DNA of 64,000 bases from a virus: the IMG/VR virus record IMGVR_UViG_3300018080_000105, positions 32,001-96,000 of that record; one strand, 5' to 3'. Position numbers and translations under genes: made by a program. Below are positions 35,389 through 44,978 of the stretch, piece by piece; positions within the stretch are counted from its first letter, which is position 1; each line of letters opens with the position of its first letter. The notes beneath the pieces were generated by a model. The model ran no database searches. It saw nothing but the letters and a program-made list of their open reading frames with translations, and was not told the origin of the DNA.

Positions 35389-36479
35389 TCGTGGCCCCTT
35401 ATCCGTTTCGTACCAGCGGCGCGGATAAACGACATCAAAGAATCGTAATTGGTAATTGATTCCTCGATGGGTCCGCCAAGTTTCACAGACGTAGGCGCCA
35501 TATCAACAGGTTCAACACCCAGGTACTTCTGCATCCGCGTGAATTCTATCTCCGGCTGTTCACACACGTCTTCGTAGTACACCACAAGACAATCCGGATA
35601 GTATTGATCCACTTTCTTCCACAACTGCCTCGCCGACTTCGCGTCCCTGTACAGCTTGATCGGATCAACGGTAATCTTCGGGCGTTCTGGCTTCTCGCCG
35701 TCAAACTTATTCCAGACTTGTGACTGCTTTGCCTGCAAATGCGAAACATACCGAGCCAGCAAGTCACGCCGCCGTAAGCTGATCATCGGCGTATTCTGCG
35801 GCACGTTCTGCCACAGATGCCTGTACTTCTTCGAGGGCTTGAACTGTGACGGCCCTTCGTAACCAATGTAAGCGTGGGCAGCAAAACCGTGCTGCGGACT
35901 CCTCCAAAAGGCTTCCAGCACCTGCTGCACATTATCAAAGCCATGCTTCCCGTTGTCACTGTCAGGCACAAAGACTTCCCCGTACACCTCCAGTGCCGGG
36001 TTCTGTGACAAGGCAGTCACGAGCATGTGCGTGCCGCACCGTGGATACGAACTGATGATGAAGCCGGGATCTTTCGATTCCGTCACTGCCATCTCGGTCA
36101 AGTCGTAATTGATACAGAATGCTTTTCCGCCGAACGCCAACACACGCCGCCGACTTTCGCTCACAGGTAAGGCAGCGTGATCATGGAACGTGAAGATGTA
36201 ATCGAACTGGTTGCACCCCGTGGCACTCAGAAACCCATCCGCAGGCATGAACACCAGTTGATGCTCCTGCAAATGATGTGAGGCTTCCGGTGCGTACCAG
36301 TCTTCCCGGATCGGCCACACTTCTGCCGATTTTTTTCTGAACCAGTTGTCGATCTCATTACTGCAAGACTTCAACACCAGTACACGTTTCCCGACCAGAT
36401 TCACGTCGTGTTCTTTCAACAACGCATCCAACCGTTCCAGGCCCGCACTGTCTTTCGTTACTTGTTCAGGACTCGTCAT
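35385..36479 (-). CDS. Sulfotransferase (Stf0/NodH-like) with an N-terminal extra domain
   Basis: ISSYPRCGTHML 5'-PSB loop; LRRRDLLARYVS 3'-PB. Start ATG 36479 with AGGAG SD. Confidence 0.8.
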   Translation of the reverse strand: MTSPEQVTKDSAGLERLDALLKEHDVNLVGKRVLVLKSCSNEIDNWFRKKSAEVWPIREDWYAPEASHHLQEHQLVFMPADGFLSATGCNQFDYIFTFHDHAALPVSESRRRVLAFGGKAFCINYDLTEMAVTESKDPGFIISSYPRCGTHMLVTALSQNPALEVYGEVFVPDSDNGKHGFDNVQQVLEAFWRSPQHGFAAHAYIGYEGPSQFKPSKKYRHLWQNVPQNTPMISLRRRDLLARYVSHLQAKQSQVWNKFDGEKPERPKITVDPIKLYRDAKSARQLWKKVDQYYPDCLVVYYEDVCEQPEIEFTRMQKYLGVEPVDMAPTSVKLGGPIEESITNYDSLMSFIRAAGTKRIRGHE

Positions 36480-37194
36480 CAATAATCTCCTGGACGAAAT
36501 TCCAGTAATCAGTTTCCCGAAAAGCATCCACAAGTTGTTTCCAGTTGCGCACTCTTTCAGACATGGGTCTATCGCCCTGCTTTAATGTTGCCGGCGTCAG
36601 CTGCTTTGGGCTGACGCCGGCCCCCGTTTGAATTTTTTTCATCTGAGCATCCCAGTCAGCCCGCAGTTCTTCGTAAGAAACTCGATGAGTCCACACTCCT
36701 CGGCTCGCAGCTTGCTCCTGTACGCGTTTTGCCTCTTTATCCGCTCGCTGGAAAATCCGAATCTGCTCAATCATCAGCCACGGAGGACACCGCAACGTTC
36801 CCTGGTTCTGTTTGTACTTGTACTGGTCGAAATGACCGGACATTTCAGCCTCCAGCCGACTGATGGCCTGTCGCAGCTTGTTCTTGCGGTACAAGAACAG
36901 CATTGGAGACACCGTCGTCGGCAGATGCCGCCGTTGCAGCACCACCTGAGCCTGCCAGCCAGGCCACAACCCTGGTAGGTCATGCGGGTCGTACAAGTGG
37001 ATCGTGAAGTGCTTGTTTCGGGCTACCAGCTCCTGTGCCACTTTTACCTGGCCCTGCAGCGCACTGTACTCCCTTGGCAACTTTGGATTGGCAAGCCCGT
37101 TGAAGATCTCTGTGGCCACCTTCAACTTCGGGTGACGATTGAGAGCCGTACGGACCATGTGAGTGCCAGATCTCGGTTGTGAAACAATAATCAC
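36466..37194 (-). CDS. Sulfotransferase (Stf0/NodH-like)
   Basis: SQPRSGTHMV; LYRKNKLRQAIS. Confidence 0.82.
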   Translation of the reverse strand: MIIVSQPRSGTHMVRTALNRHPKLKVATEIFNGLANPKLPREYSALQGQVKVAQELVARNKHFTIHLYDPHDLPGLWPGWQAQVVLQRRHLPTTVSPMLFLYRKNKLRQAISRLEAEMSGHFDQYKYKQNQGTLRCPPWLMIEQIRIFQRADKEAKRVQEQAASRGVWTHRVSYEELRADWDAQMKKIQTGAGVSPKQLTPATLKQGDRPMSERVRNWKQLVDAFRETDYWNFVQEIIDDES

Positions 37195-37901
37195 GCCTGT
37201 CCTACCTCCTGCCGGCTTTCGGCAAACCTAAAATAATCACCCAATTTTCCGACCCAAAAGACGTTCCGTAACTCTTCGTAGTTACCCACGATCTCTTGAA
37301 TCGGCCGCTGCTCCTGCTTACTCGTGGTAGGGCGTACCGGTTGCGGGTCCGCCCCGATGGCCTTCTGCAGCATGGCCATATTCTCGTCCCAGTTTTCGAC
37401 CAAATCTTCGTAGTTGATGTAGATGGCGTCAGGGAACAATTCGCGAGACGCCGCAAAAGACTTCTCAGCCATCTTCAACTCATGTTCGACCTCAAATGTC
37501 TCCAAGATCGGCGCGCCCAACGCTCGCTGATCCTCGTTTTTGAAAGTCTGCCACTTTCGCGTAACACGGGCCGTACATACGCTGAACACCCTGCGGAGCA
37601 AATCCTTCCGTTCCAGGCAAATCACCAACGGTTGCTCCTGCTGCAGGACAGGCCAAAGATCTGCCCGAATCTGCGAGAGATTAGACCGCTCGCCTGTGTA
37701 CCCGTGAACAATGAACCCCTCCCCAGGGCCAGTAAATCGTTTGTAGATACCAGCTGCACCTTCGCGACGAAGGACATGCAAGGGCGTAACGTCCTTGTTC
37801 ATCACCTCGCTGTGACACGTAATCTGTGGATGGCGGTCCAGCGCCGTCCGCAGCATGTGGGTACCACACCGCGGGAACGAACGAATGACAAACGGTCTCA
37901 T
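37191..37901 (-). CDS. Sulfotransferase (Stf0/NodH-like)
   Basis: SFPRCGTHML; LERKDLLRRVFS. Confidence 0.82.
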   Translation of the reverse strand: MRPFVIRSFPRCGTHMLRTALDRHPQITCHSEVMNKDVTPLHVLRREGAAGIYKRFTGPGEGFIVHGYTGERSNLSQIRADLWPVLQQEQPLVICLERKDLLRRVFSVCTARVTRKWQTFKNEDQRALGAPILETFEVEHELKMAEKSFAASRELFPDAIYINYEDLVENWDENMAMLQKAIGADPQPVRPTTSKQEQRPIQEIVGNYEELRNVFWVGKLGDYFRFAESRQEVGQA

Positions 37902-38665
37902 AGCGGCTTCCCGTCAGGGTCTACAGGTTGCTTGCATTCTCCTGCGTTAAGCATCAGCGAGCCATACAGCTCGTCATGATGGAGGAAGGATTCCTGCAGC
38001 ACTAAAGTATTGAGTTCATTGACCAGAAACAAATCACATGGCATACCGTGGCCGTGGCCGGCGGCTACCCACTTATCGCGGGCAGACGGTCCGGCCAAAT
38101 AACCGAGGCACCCCATGTGCCAGCGAAACAGGTAGTCTCCGTACTTCTCTGGGAATAACCGAGCCAACGGTCGGAGGAATGCCTGATGCCCGGGGCCTGT
38201 CTGCTTCTGAACGGACAGTTCGCCATAGGGGTACCCAGCCAGCCAACGGCAGGTTTCAAAAGGAGTCGTTTCGCGGCCGTGGAAGCTGACCGCGTCGTAT
38301 TGAGGTTCGTCTCGCAGTAATCGCGCACACGCCCGGATATTGGCCAACACCAACTCCGGGGTCGTGTCCTTCCGTAAACTCATATCATCTTCAAACACGA
38401 GCGTGCAACGATCCGGGTCCGCGTTCCGAAGCATTTCCTGATGACCACGGAATGCCCGGTACTGTCGGAGCGCATAGCCGCGGACCAGCGGCCTGTACGA
38501 ACGGTCTTCCTGCCACTCCGGGTGGTCGGGCGGCATTTCCCAGTCCGGGTTCACGAACTCGGAATACGGCCAGTCCAGCTGTTTGAGTGTCTGGCAAGTC
38601 AACGACACCTTAGACGGGTGCGTCATCACTACGATTTCAACATCATCCCACACCGATGCCATCAC
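37898..38665 (-). CDS. GT25-like glycosyltransferase
   Basis: AFRGHQEML..CTLVFEDD and GYLAG pattern. Confidence 0.55.
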   Translation of the reverse strand: MMASVWDDVEIVVMTHPSKVSLTCQTLKQLDWPYSEFVNPDWEMPPDHPEWQEDRSYRPLVRGYALRQYRAFRGHQEMLRNADPDRCTLVFEDDMSLRKDTTPELVLANIRACARLLRDEPQYDAVSFHGRETTPFETCRWLAGYPYGELSVQKQTGPGHQAFLRPLARLFPEKYGDYLFRWHMGCLGYLAGPSARDKWVAAGHGHGMPCDLFLVNELNTLVLQESFLHHDELYGSLMLNAGECKQPVDPDGKPL

Positions 38666-39432
38666 TTATTCTCCAGCGTTCGTGGCGTCCAATGCCCGGC
38701 CGCCCGGTCGCGGCGAGTCAACTCGACAAGACCCGGCGGTTTGAAGTAGCCCTTTGCCTTGTCCGGGATCTTCTCAAAAACTTCCGGCTCAACGTCACGG
38801 TGTCGTGCCCAGGCAATATGTCCAGGCGTGAACGTGTAGTACAGGAGCTGTCGGAAGTTGGAGTTATTGGGCGTACCGTGGATCAATGCGTCTGCGAAGA
38901 TCAGGATTTGCCCTGCTTTCAGTCCCGGGCAATACAGTTCGTCCGGGGAGCGCTTCGGCATCTTCGTGCGAAATGCCCTGTTACTGGTATGGCTGCCGGG
39001 AATGACGCCCGGCCCACATTGGTCGTGAAGCGCAATGCCGACTTTCAGGTTTGAAGCCTGTCGCACATAGCCCTGTGACTGATAGTACACAGACCCTCGC
39101 TCACTGAACGGGCCGCCATGCACATTGGGGCGGGCACCTTCACCGGGATAGGTGAGCAGGAAGTGATTATCCAGTCTCGCATGATCGCCGCACAGGATAT
39201 GGACAACGCGACGAATCCGGGGGTCCTGCATAACCCAGGTGAACAGGTTAGGCTCCAGATGAATGCACTCCGCTTTCTGTGGCCATTCAATGCCCTTCGG
39301 CCGCTCTTCGGGTGGGAGCTTCAACGGCTCGATCAGTGTTTTGTACTGATCGACCAACTCTGCAGAGACACCTTTTCGCAGAACAGCGTACCCCTGCTCG
39401 TCAATCTGCCCGACAATCTTCTCGGCGTTCAC
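38662..39432 (-). CDS. PhyH-like Fe(II)/2OG-dependent oxygenase, HXG variant (paralog 2)
   Basis: Start GTG 39432 (MNAEKIV); NVHGG, GVIPGSH, LIHGT, FRQLLYYTF. Confidence 0.8.
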   Translation of the reverse strand: MNAEKIVGQIDEQGYAVLRKGVSAELVDQYKTLIEPLKLPPEERPKGIEWPQKAECIHLEPNLFTWVMQDPRIRRVVHILCGDHARLDNHFLLTYPGEGARPNVHGGPFSERGSVYYQSQGYVRQASNLKVGIALHDQCGPGVIPGSHTSNRAFRTKMPKRSPDELYCPGLKAGQILIFADALIHGTPNNSNFRQLLYYTFTPGHIAWARHRDVEPEVFEKIPDKAKGYFKPPGLVELTRRDRAAGHWTPRTLENK

Positions 39433-40181
39433 TTTGCTGCTCCTATCGAGGGCTCTGCCCACTGGAGTTTCCAGCGATCGTCTTTGCCCCACTGCACCAA
39501 ACCAGGAGGCCGAAAATATCCACGAATCTCTTCCGGCAATTTTTGCATCACTTCCGCCGGCCACGGCTCATAGCGCGCCCACGCCACATGCCCCGGAGTG
39601 AATGTGTAGTAAAGCATCTGGCGAAAGCCATCAACATCGGGAGTGCCGTGGAACAACGCATCTGTGAAAATGACAATCGCTCCCGGCTTCATGCCCGGAA
39701 CAACCAATTCGCGGAAATGTCGCCGTCGCCGTTCCTGCGGATAGGCCTCGTCGATCTTATGCGTACCAGGAATAACGCCGGGACCGCCTTGCCGCTGTAG
39801 CGCGATGCCAATCTTCAGATTCGAGGTCAGCTTGATCCCACCTTGTGTATGGTAGTGCACGGCACAATGTTCGCTGAAGGGGCCGCCGTGGACATTCGGT
39901 TTCAACTTGCCACCGGGATACGACAACAAGAAATGATGGTCCAGGCGAGCATGGTCACCACAAAGCCCTCGAATGACTTTTTGCAACCGTTTCTGGAGAA
40001 GAACCTGAGTGAAAGCAACCGGATCGAGATGCAGTACGTCCGCTTTGTGAGACCAACCGCCTTTTGGTTTTACCTGTTGAATCAATTCCAGGTATTTGGC
40101 GACCAACTCCGGCCCCACGCCTTTCTGGAGCACAATGTACCCTTGCTCGTCAATCCGTTGCACAATCTGCTCAGCATTCAC
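39429..40181 (-). CDS. PhyH-like Fe(II)/2OG-dependent oxygenase, HXG variant (paralog 1)
   Basis: NVHGG, GVIPGTH, LFHGT, FRQMLYYTF; close tandem duplicate of 38662-39432. Confidence 0.8.
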   Translation of the reverse strand: MNAEQIVQRIDEQGYIVLQKGVGPELVAKYLELIQQVKPKGGWSHKADVLHLDPVAFTQVLLQKRLQKVIRGLCGDHARLDHHFLLSYPGGKLKPNVHGGPFSEHCAVHYHTQGGIKLTSNLKIGIALQRQGGPGVIPGTHKIDEAYPQERRRRHFRELVVPGMKPGAIVIFTDALFHGTPDVDGFRQMLYYTFTPGHVAWARYEPWPAEVMQKLPEEIRGYFRPPGLVQWGKDDRWKLQWAEPSIGAAK

Positions 40182-40233
40182 TTAGCTTCTCCTGCTGTGA
40201 GGCGTCCGCAGTTTAGCAGCCCATCAACAGAGT

Positions 40234-40818
40234 TCAACTGGCGACATAAGTGAACAGAAAGTGCTCTCGCAGATTCCTTTGCAGTGTCTGGCAATGCACA
40301 CGCTGAATCCGATCAATATCGGAAAACTTCTCGTGCAACTGTTCTTCGTTCTCAAACACCTGTAGGTGAGCATGGTATGGCATGTTGACCGGGCAAGTCG
40401 CGACCACAACGCCTAAACACAGCCTCTTCATCTCTTCCCAGATCTTTTCCGGGTATTCGAGATGCTCCAACAGCTCACAGCACCAGATCAGTTCATAGCC
40501 AGGATTCACCGAGGGTAACGCGTCATACAGATCCGCGGCCCAAAACGCAGGACGGTCACCCTCTTCAGGATGACCGTACTTTTCGCGTGCTTTGAAAATT
40601 CGCTGAGCGGAGTAATCAATCCCACAGTATTCCATACCGCGACGAGTGGCGTACTCAGACGCTCTGCCATCCCCGCAACCTACGTCCAGCATTGCGCCAG
40701 ACTCGGGTGCGTCAGCCAGTGCCATCAATCGTTCCAGATCGGGACCGGCCGGGCTGTAGTAATTCAATTTGCCGTCGTAATACGACTGCAGCTCTGCTTC
40801 TTTCGGGCGTGGGATCAT
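40234..40818 (-). CDS. Class I SAM-dependent methyltransferase
   Basis: MLDVGCGDG, GIDYS, CELLEHL. Confidence 0.88.
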   Translation of the reverse strand: MIPRPKEAELQSYYDGKLNYYSPAGPDLERLMALADAPESGAMLDVGCGDGRASEYATRRGMEYCGIDYSAQRIFKAREKYGHPEEGDRPAFWAADLYDALPSVNPGYELIWCCELLEHLEYPEKIWEEMKRLCLGVVVATCPVNMPYHAHLQVFENEEQLHEKFSDIDRIQRVHCQTLQRNLREHFLFTYVAS

Positions 40819-40836
40819 GCTTCCTGCTCCACGGAG

Positions 40837-41091
40837 TTATGCTTCCTGCTCTTCTTCCTTCTTCGGCAGCATGCTTTTTACAGCTTTGTGGCCAGAATTA
40901 CCACCGAGCAGGTGACCAAGGACCGCCTGTTTCGTCTGCGGTGTGTGCCGAACATGCGGCTGCGGCATCAACCGGCCGGGTTTTCCGGACAGAGTATAAG
41001 ACCGAGCTGTCTTTACTGGCGTCGTCGAAGCCACCGACATCGCTTTGGCGGCCTGTCGTCCCAGATCTGACGCAAACTTAGCAGTATCCAT
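40837..41091 (-). CDS. Small basic K-x-A peptide
   Basis: Start ATG 41091; KFA, KTA and KQA in 84 aa. Confidence 0.5.
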   Translation of the reverse strand: MDTAKFASDLGRQAAKAMSVASTTPVKTARSYTLSGKPGRLMPQPHVRHTPQTKQAVLGHLLGGNSGHKAVKSMLPKKEEEQEA

Positions 41092-41093
41092 GC

Positions 41094-41498
41094 TTAGCCC
41101 TTTGGTTTCGGAGGAGGTGTCGGTCGTGGATCTTTCGGGTTGATGAACCAACGATACTCTTGTTTTGTCATGATCGGGAAGACACGCTTGTCGGCGTAAC
41201 CACCCCATCGTTTAACAGCCCGCTGCTCATTGCCACGAACACGGACGAGGATTGTACAAGGAACAGACTTAACATCCCAGAGCTGAACCAAATCCTTCCG
41301 TTTGTCGACATCGACCGCCACGTCCGCGTAACCCCACTTCTTCAGGATTTCGTCAATGTCGGCTTTGTCGTAGACCGCGTCCTGCACACGGCACGGCCCG
41401 CACCATGTAGCTTTGAACCGCAGGAGCATGTAACTGTCAGCCATCACAGGCGACATCGTCAGGAACACAAACAGTGCTGCAATCAGGCGACTCGTCAT
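41094..41498 (-). CDS. Exported thioredoxin-like protein
   Basis: Signal peptide; WCGPC active site; VKSVP cis-Pro loop. Confidence 0.85.
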   Translation of the reverse strand: MTSRLIAALFVFLTMSPVMADSYMLLRFKATWCGPCRVQDAVYDKADIDEILKKWGYADVAVDVDKRKDLVQLWDVKSVPCTILVRVRGNEQRAVKRWGGYADKRVFPIMTKQEYRWFINPKDPRPTPPPKPKG

Positions 41499-41507
41499 GG
41501 CTGGACC

Positions 41508-42134
41508 TCACTCCGGTTTGCTGATGAAATACGCTACCTTCTTTGTAAATGCAGTCGTCGCGGCTACGCGACTCCGCTGGTTTAGCTGCGCCCGCACACC
41601 CCGCATCCCCTGCTGGTCCAGATCATCACAAACAATGATCCCGCCTTCGGGCATGTGTTCAACACATCGGTCGAACATGTGGAGTGTCGGTTCCGGTACA
41701 TGTCGCCCATCCAGATAGACAAACTGCAACGGGGCTGCAGCGGCCAGGGCCGGCTCGAACGAATCGTCAAAGTGGCCTGGAAAAATCTCGACAGTCGTCT
41801 TTGGGCAAAAGATCTCCAGCGTTTCGATAGCCAGCTCTCGCTTGGCCTCGATGCCTTCCATGCCCACGTACTGCACAGGTCCGTTCTTCTCTGCGGCGGA
41901 ACACATGTACGCAGCACCAATACCGGCACAGGTTCCAATTTCAAAAATGCGGGAAGGAGCATGGTGAATAATAAACCGAGACATCGCACGACCTGCGAGC
42001 TGCCCCATGCTGGCTATTCGCACTCGCTGCTCTTTACCGACAGGCGTACCGCTCACCTCGGAGCGGTGGTAAGCGATCGCGTCACAGCGTGCACGATCTT
42101 CGTCGGTCAATATGGTGGTCGTCCAGTTGTCCAT
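41508..42134 (-). CDS. Class I SAM-dependent methyltransferase (Methyltransf_24-like)
   Basis: IFEIGTCAGIGA; FVYLDGRH; IIVCDD. Confidence 0.85.
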   Translation of the reverse strand: MDNWTTTILTDEDRARCDAIAYHRSEVSGTPVGKEQRVRIASMGQLAGRAMSRFIIHHAPSRIFEIGTCAGIGAAYMCSAAEKNGPVQYVGMEGIEAKRELAIETLEIFCPKTTVEIFPGHFDDSFEPALAAAAPLQFVYLDGRHVPEPTLHMFDRCVEHMPEGGIIVCDDLDQQGMRGVRAQLNQRSRVAATTAFTKKVAYFISKPE

Positions 42135-42274
42135 TTCTCGCTTCCATGCTATGGCTTCCACGGGTTTACAGTGTAACCCCGAAATCACAGAGAACAAAGG
42201 GGAACCAGACCAACGCTGGAAGCTCGCCTGGAAACATCGTACGATGCAGTAATTCCCGGGAAAGGAGTGCCTCT

Positions 42275-43420
42275 ATGTTCAAATTCCAGGATTCTGACGC
42301 GGATTTCAAAGCCCTCACTACACTCGACGCTTCATTGATCCAGCTGGTCGACACTGGTGAGAATAAGCTCACTGGCAAGCCCCGCGCACCGCGTATCGCT
42401 CTCGTTACAGGTGCCAATGGATTTGTTGGCTCCCACCTCACCGCTCACCTGGCCGGCAGCGATCGCTGGGACAAAGTCTTTGCACTGGTCCGCGATGAGA
42501 CCAATTTTGCAGCCAGTCACAAACTCAAAGATTCATGGACAAAGTGGAAAGTCAACGCACCGTCAAACACCCGTCATAAAGTCGAAACATACACTTGGGA
42601 TCCCATGAGCCCTCGGCTCGGCATGAGCGAACAACAGTTCTCCACCCTGGCCTGGCACTCCGATGTTGTGTTTCACCTGGCCGGGGCCACCGCCTACGAC
42701 AAAAACTACAAGCACATGCGGGCAGGGACTTCCCTACTCATGCTGCAACTGCTGGACTTCTGCCGCACAGGCCAACCGAAACAGCTTCACCACATCGGCA
42801 GCATCGCTGATCGCATCATGAGCAGCGTGAAACACAAAGAACGAAACATCCCGTGGACCAGCGGGTACTTTCAGGCGAAATGGGTCGTCGACAAGATGTT
42901 GACTGTGGCACGAGAACAACTCGACATCCCGACCACCAACTACCGGGCGCCATACATTACCGGACCAACCACACACGCCATGGACCCGCAACGACATTAC
43001 TCGTTCTGGCAGATGGCCATCGCCTTAGCCTCCGCAGGACTAATCTGGGATGGCTACTTCCTGCAAGCTGTACCGGTCGACCTGCTTTGTCAGTGTCTGG
43101 CCATGAACGCCCAACGATCTACACCGCTACCAGTTGTCACCCCGACCATGCTCCCGCTACACACTTCCCGAATCATGGGCACCTTGGGCTGTGACCTGAT
43201 CGATCACGAAGAATTCTTCGACCACGTGGCCCCGCACATGCCGGCCGCCACCGGCTTACCAGGGGCTCGTTATCGCGACGTCGAAGTCGCCAGCACCGGG
43301 CAAGGCGACCTGGATCGCTTCATCGCGATCGACAAGATCCCGGACGCCGCAGAGATGTTCAAACGCGGCTTCAGACAGCAGAAGATTCAAAAGGCTGTCC
43401 AACGGGCACAAGGGACTTGA
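42275..43420 (+). CDS. Thioester-reductase-like extended SDR (NAD(P)H dependent); only plus-strand gene
   Basis: AAAGGAG SD + ATG 42275; LVTGANGFVGSHL, VVFHLAG, GYFQAKW (YxxxK), NYRAPYITG. Confidence 0.85.
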   Translation: MFKFQDSDADFKALTTLDASLIQLVDTGENKLTGKPRAPRIALVTGANGFVGSHLTAHLAGSDRWDKVFALVRDETNFAASHKLKDSWTKWKVNAPSNTRHKVETYTWDPMSPRLGMSEQQFSTLAWHSDVVFHLAGATAYDKNYKHMRAGTSLLMLQLLDFCRTGQPKQLHHIGSIADRIMSSVKHKERNIPWTSGYFQAKWVVDKMLTVAREQLDIPTTNYRAPYITGPTTHAMDPQRHYSFWQMAIALASAGLIWDGYFLQAVPVDLLCQCLAMNAQRSTPLPVVTPTMLPLHTSRIMGTLGCDLIDHEEFFDHVAPHMPAATGLPGARYRDVEVASTGQGDLDRFIAIDKIPDAAEMFKRGFRQQKIQKAVQRAQGT

Positions 43421-44765
43421 ACTCTTCAAACTTCCCGCCGGCCGATCGCTCAATGCGTTCTACATACTCAAAATGCACAGCAGGCTCGAAGCCGATGCCT
43501 CGATACAATGACTGCTTCGCTGTCTCTTCTTCCTCGGCGGAAAACGGCCGCGGCCCTGCGACTCTGAACTTGACAGTGTGATGGTCGAGCTGGATCGCTT
43601 GATAGTGATCAACTGGCAGCGCCAAGACCGCTTCACCGTCAACCTTCCCGTCCATCACCGGCCAGATCGCTTCGCCGTCCGGTCGTGTGAACATCCCGCA
43701 AACACGACCGATAATCCTCCGGATCATTGGACCATAAATACCCGGCGGACCCGCCTCGGCCATGTCGCCCAACTCGTACCGAATCAGCGGACTGGAGAAG
43801 TTGTATCGCGGTGTCACGACCACACGACCGATCTCACCTTCCTGACACACTTCATTCTGATCGTTCAGAATCTCCACATAAGCCAACTCGTCTGCTATGT
43901 AATACAAGTTCGGCTCGGCCGGCGACTGATACGCCACATGGCCAACTTCCTGCGTTGTGTACGTGTCAATGACCGGGAGTTGCCATACTTCTGCGGCCAG
44001 GTTACGTGTCTTCGGCGACAACACTTCTCCTGTCGTACGTAAACGTTCGAGGAACGGCAACTTGTACTGATGCCGTTGACAATACAGCGCGATCTCGTGC
44101 ATCAGTGAAGGGTTTGCAAACAGATACGGGCACTTGACACGCCGCAGCAACTTCACAATTTCTGAGACCGGCAATGTTGGCGACACAAGGTAACTTCGCC
44201 CTGTCTTCATGTTGCCCCAACCCCAGTTGTGTCGCAACTGAATCTCGCGGCCTGGACCTTCGTACTTACAAGACACCATCGTCTTTTTGATGTCGTAGCC
44301 ATACAGCTTCATCAACCGAAGCATGTGAGCCATCCACACCGACTGTGCCATGTCATCTGTCATGACAACAAGCGGCGAGCCTGATGACCCGCTGGTCTCC
44401 ATCGGACGCGGTTCGCCCAGTAACGGAAGCGGTTGCCGCGGCATAATGGTCTTCAAGTTGTCCCGAAGATCCGCTCGCGTCAGCACGGGGAAGTTACGCC
44501 AGCCATCAGGAGTCAAAAGCTCCTTCGGAGACATACCAGTCTCTTGAAACCGCTCCACGTAAAACGGACACATCTGTGTCGCGAACCGGAGCAAGTCTCG
44601 CAGAGTCCGTATTTGGTACGCTACCCGGGCTTCCGGAGCAACCTGTCGCAAGACCGGGAGTAGCGGAGAGCTGGGATAGAGCTTATGTCTTTTTGCGGGA
44701 TGCGCGTCGACGTGAGGCGGGTTTCTCTGCACCATCTGCGGCTGTACCATCTTCTTCGTCCTCAT
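43371..44765 (-). CDS. PaaK/CapK-like adenylate-forming (ANL) ligase
   Basis: FPVLTR, ETSGSSG P-loop, YTTQEVG, LIRYELGD, IIGR. Confidence 0.85.
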   Translation of the reverse strand: MRTKKMVQPQMVQRNPPHVDAHPAKRHKLYPSSPLLPVLRQVAPEARVAYQIRTLRDLLRFATQMCPFYVERFQETGMSPKELLTPDGWRNFPVLTRADLRDNLKTIMPRQPLPLLGEPRPMETSGSSGSPLVVMTDDMAQSVWMAHMLRLMKLYGYDIKKTMVSCKYEGPGREIQLRHNWGWGNMKTGRSYLVSPTLPVSEIVKLLRRVKCPYLFANPSLMHEIALYCQRHQYKLPFLERLRTTGEVLSPKTRNLAAEVWQLPVIDTYTTQEVGHVAYQSPAEPNLYYIADELAYVEILNDQNEVCQEGEIGRVVVTPRYNFSSPLIRYELGDMAEAGPPGIYGPMIRRIIGRVCGMFTRPDGEAIWPVMDGKVDGEAVLALPVDHYQAIQLDHHTVKFRVAGPRPFSAEEEETAKQSLYRGIGFEPAVHFEYVERIERSAGGKFEEFKSLVPVGQPFESSAV

Positions 44766-44961
44766 CCTTCGACATCTGCCGAATGGAATTCTTCAGAATC
44801 GTAGTTGCCTCGGCCACCGCTAACCCTCGCCGCCGGTCAGCGGCAGCAATCAAACTCAGCTCCAGGCATTCCATCAGCCCTGCCATCATCTGATCAGTCA
44901 GCGGCAGCACCGCAATCACCTCGCCAGGCACCGCTGGCGTAAGCATCTTCTCGTCAAGCAT
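44683..44961 (-). CDS. Hypothetical protein
   Basis: 92 aa ORF in the operon. Confidence 0.5.
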   Translation of the reverse strand: MLDEKMLTPAVPGEVIAVLPLTDQMMAGLMECLELSLIAAADRRRGLAVAEATTILKNSIRQMSKDEDEEDGTAADGAEKPASRRRASRKKT

Positions 44962-44978
44962 CCTTCACATCCCTTCGA

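Noticed and set aside
43371-44765. Phenylacetate catabolism (paaK) or an NRPS
   Set aside because: No other paa genes, and no carrier-protein or condensation domains visible; the family also includes capsule-related CapK-like proteins.
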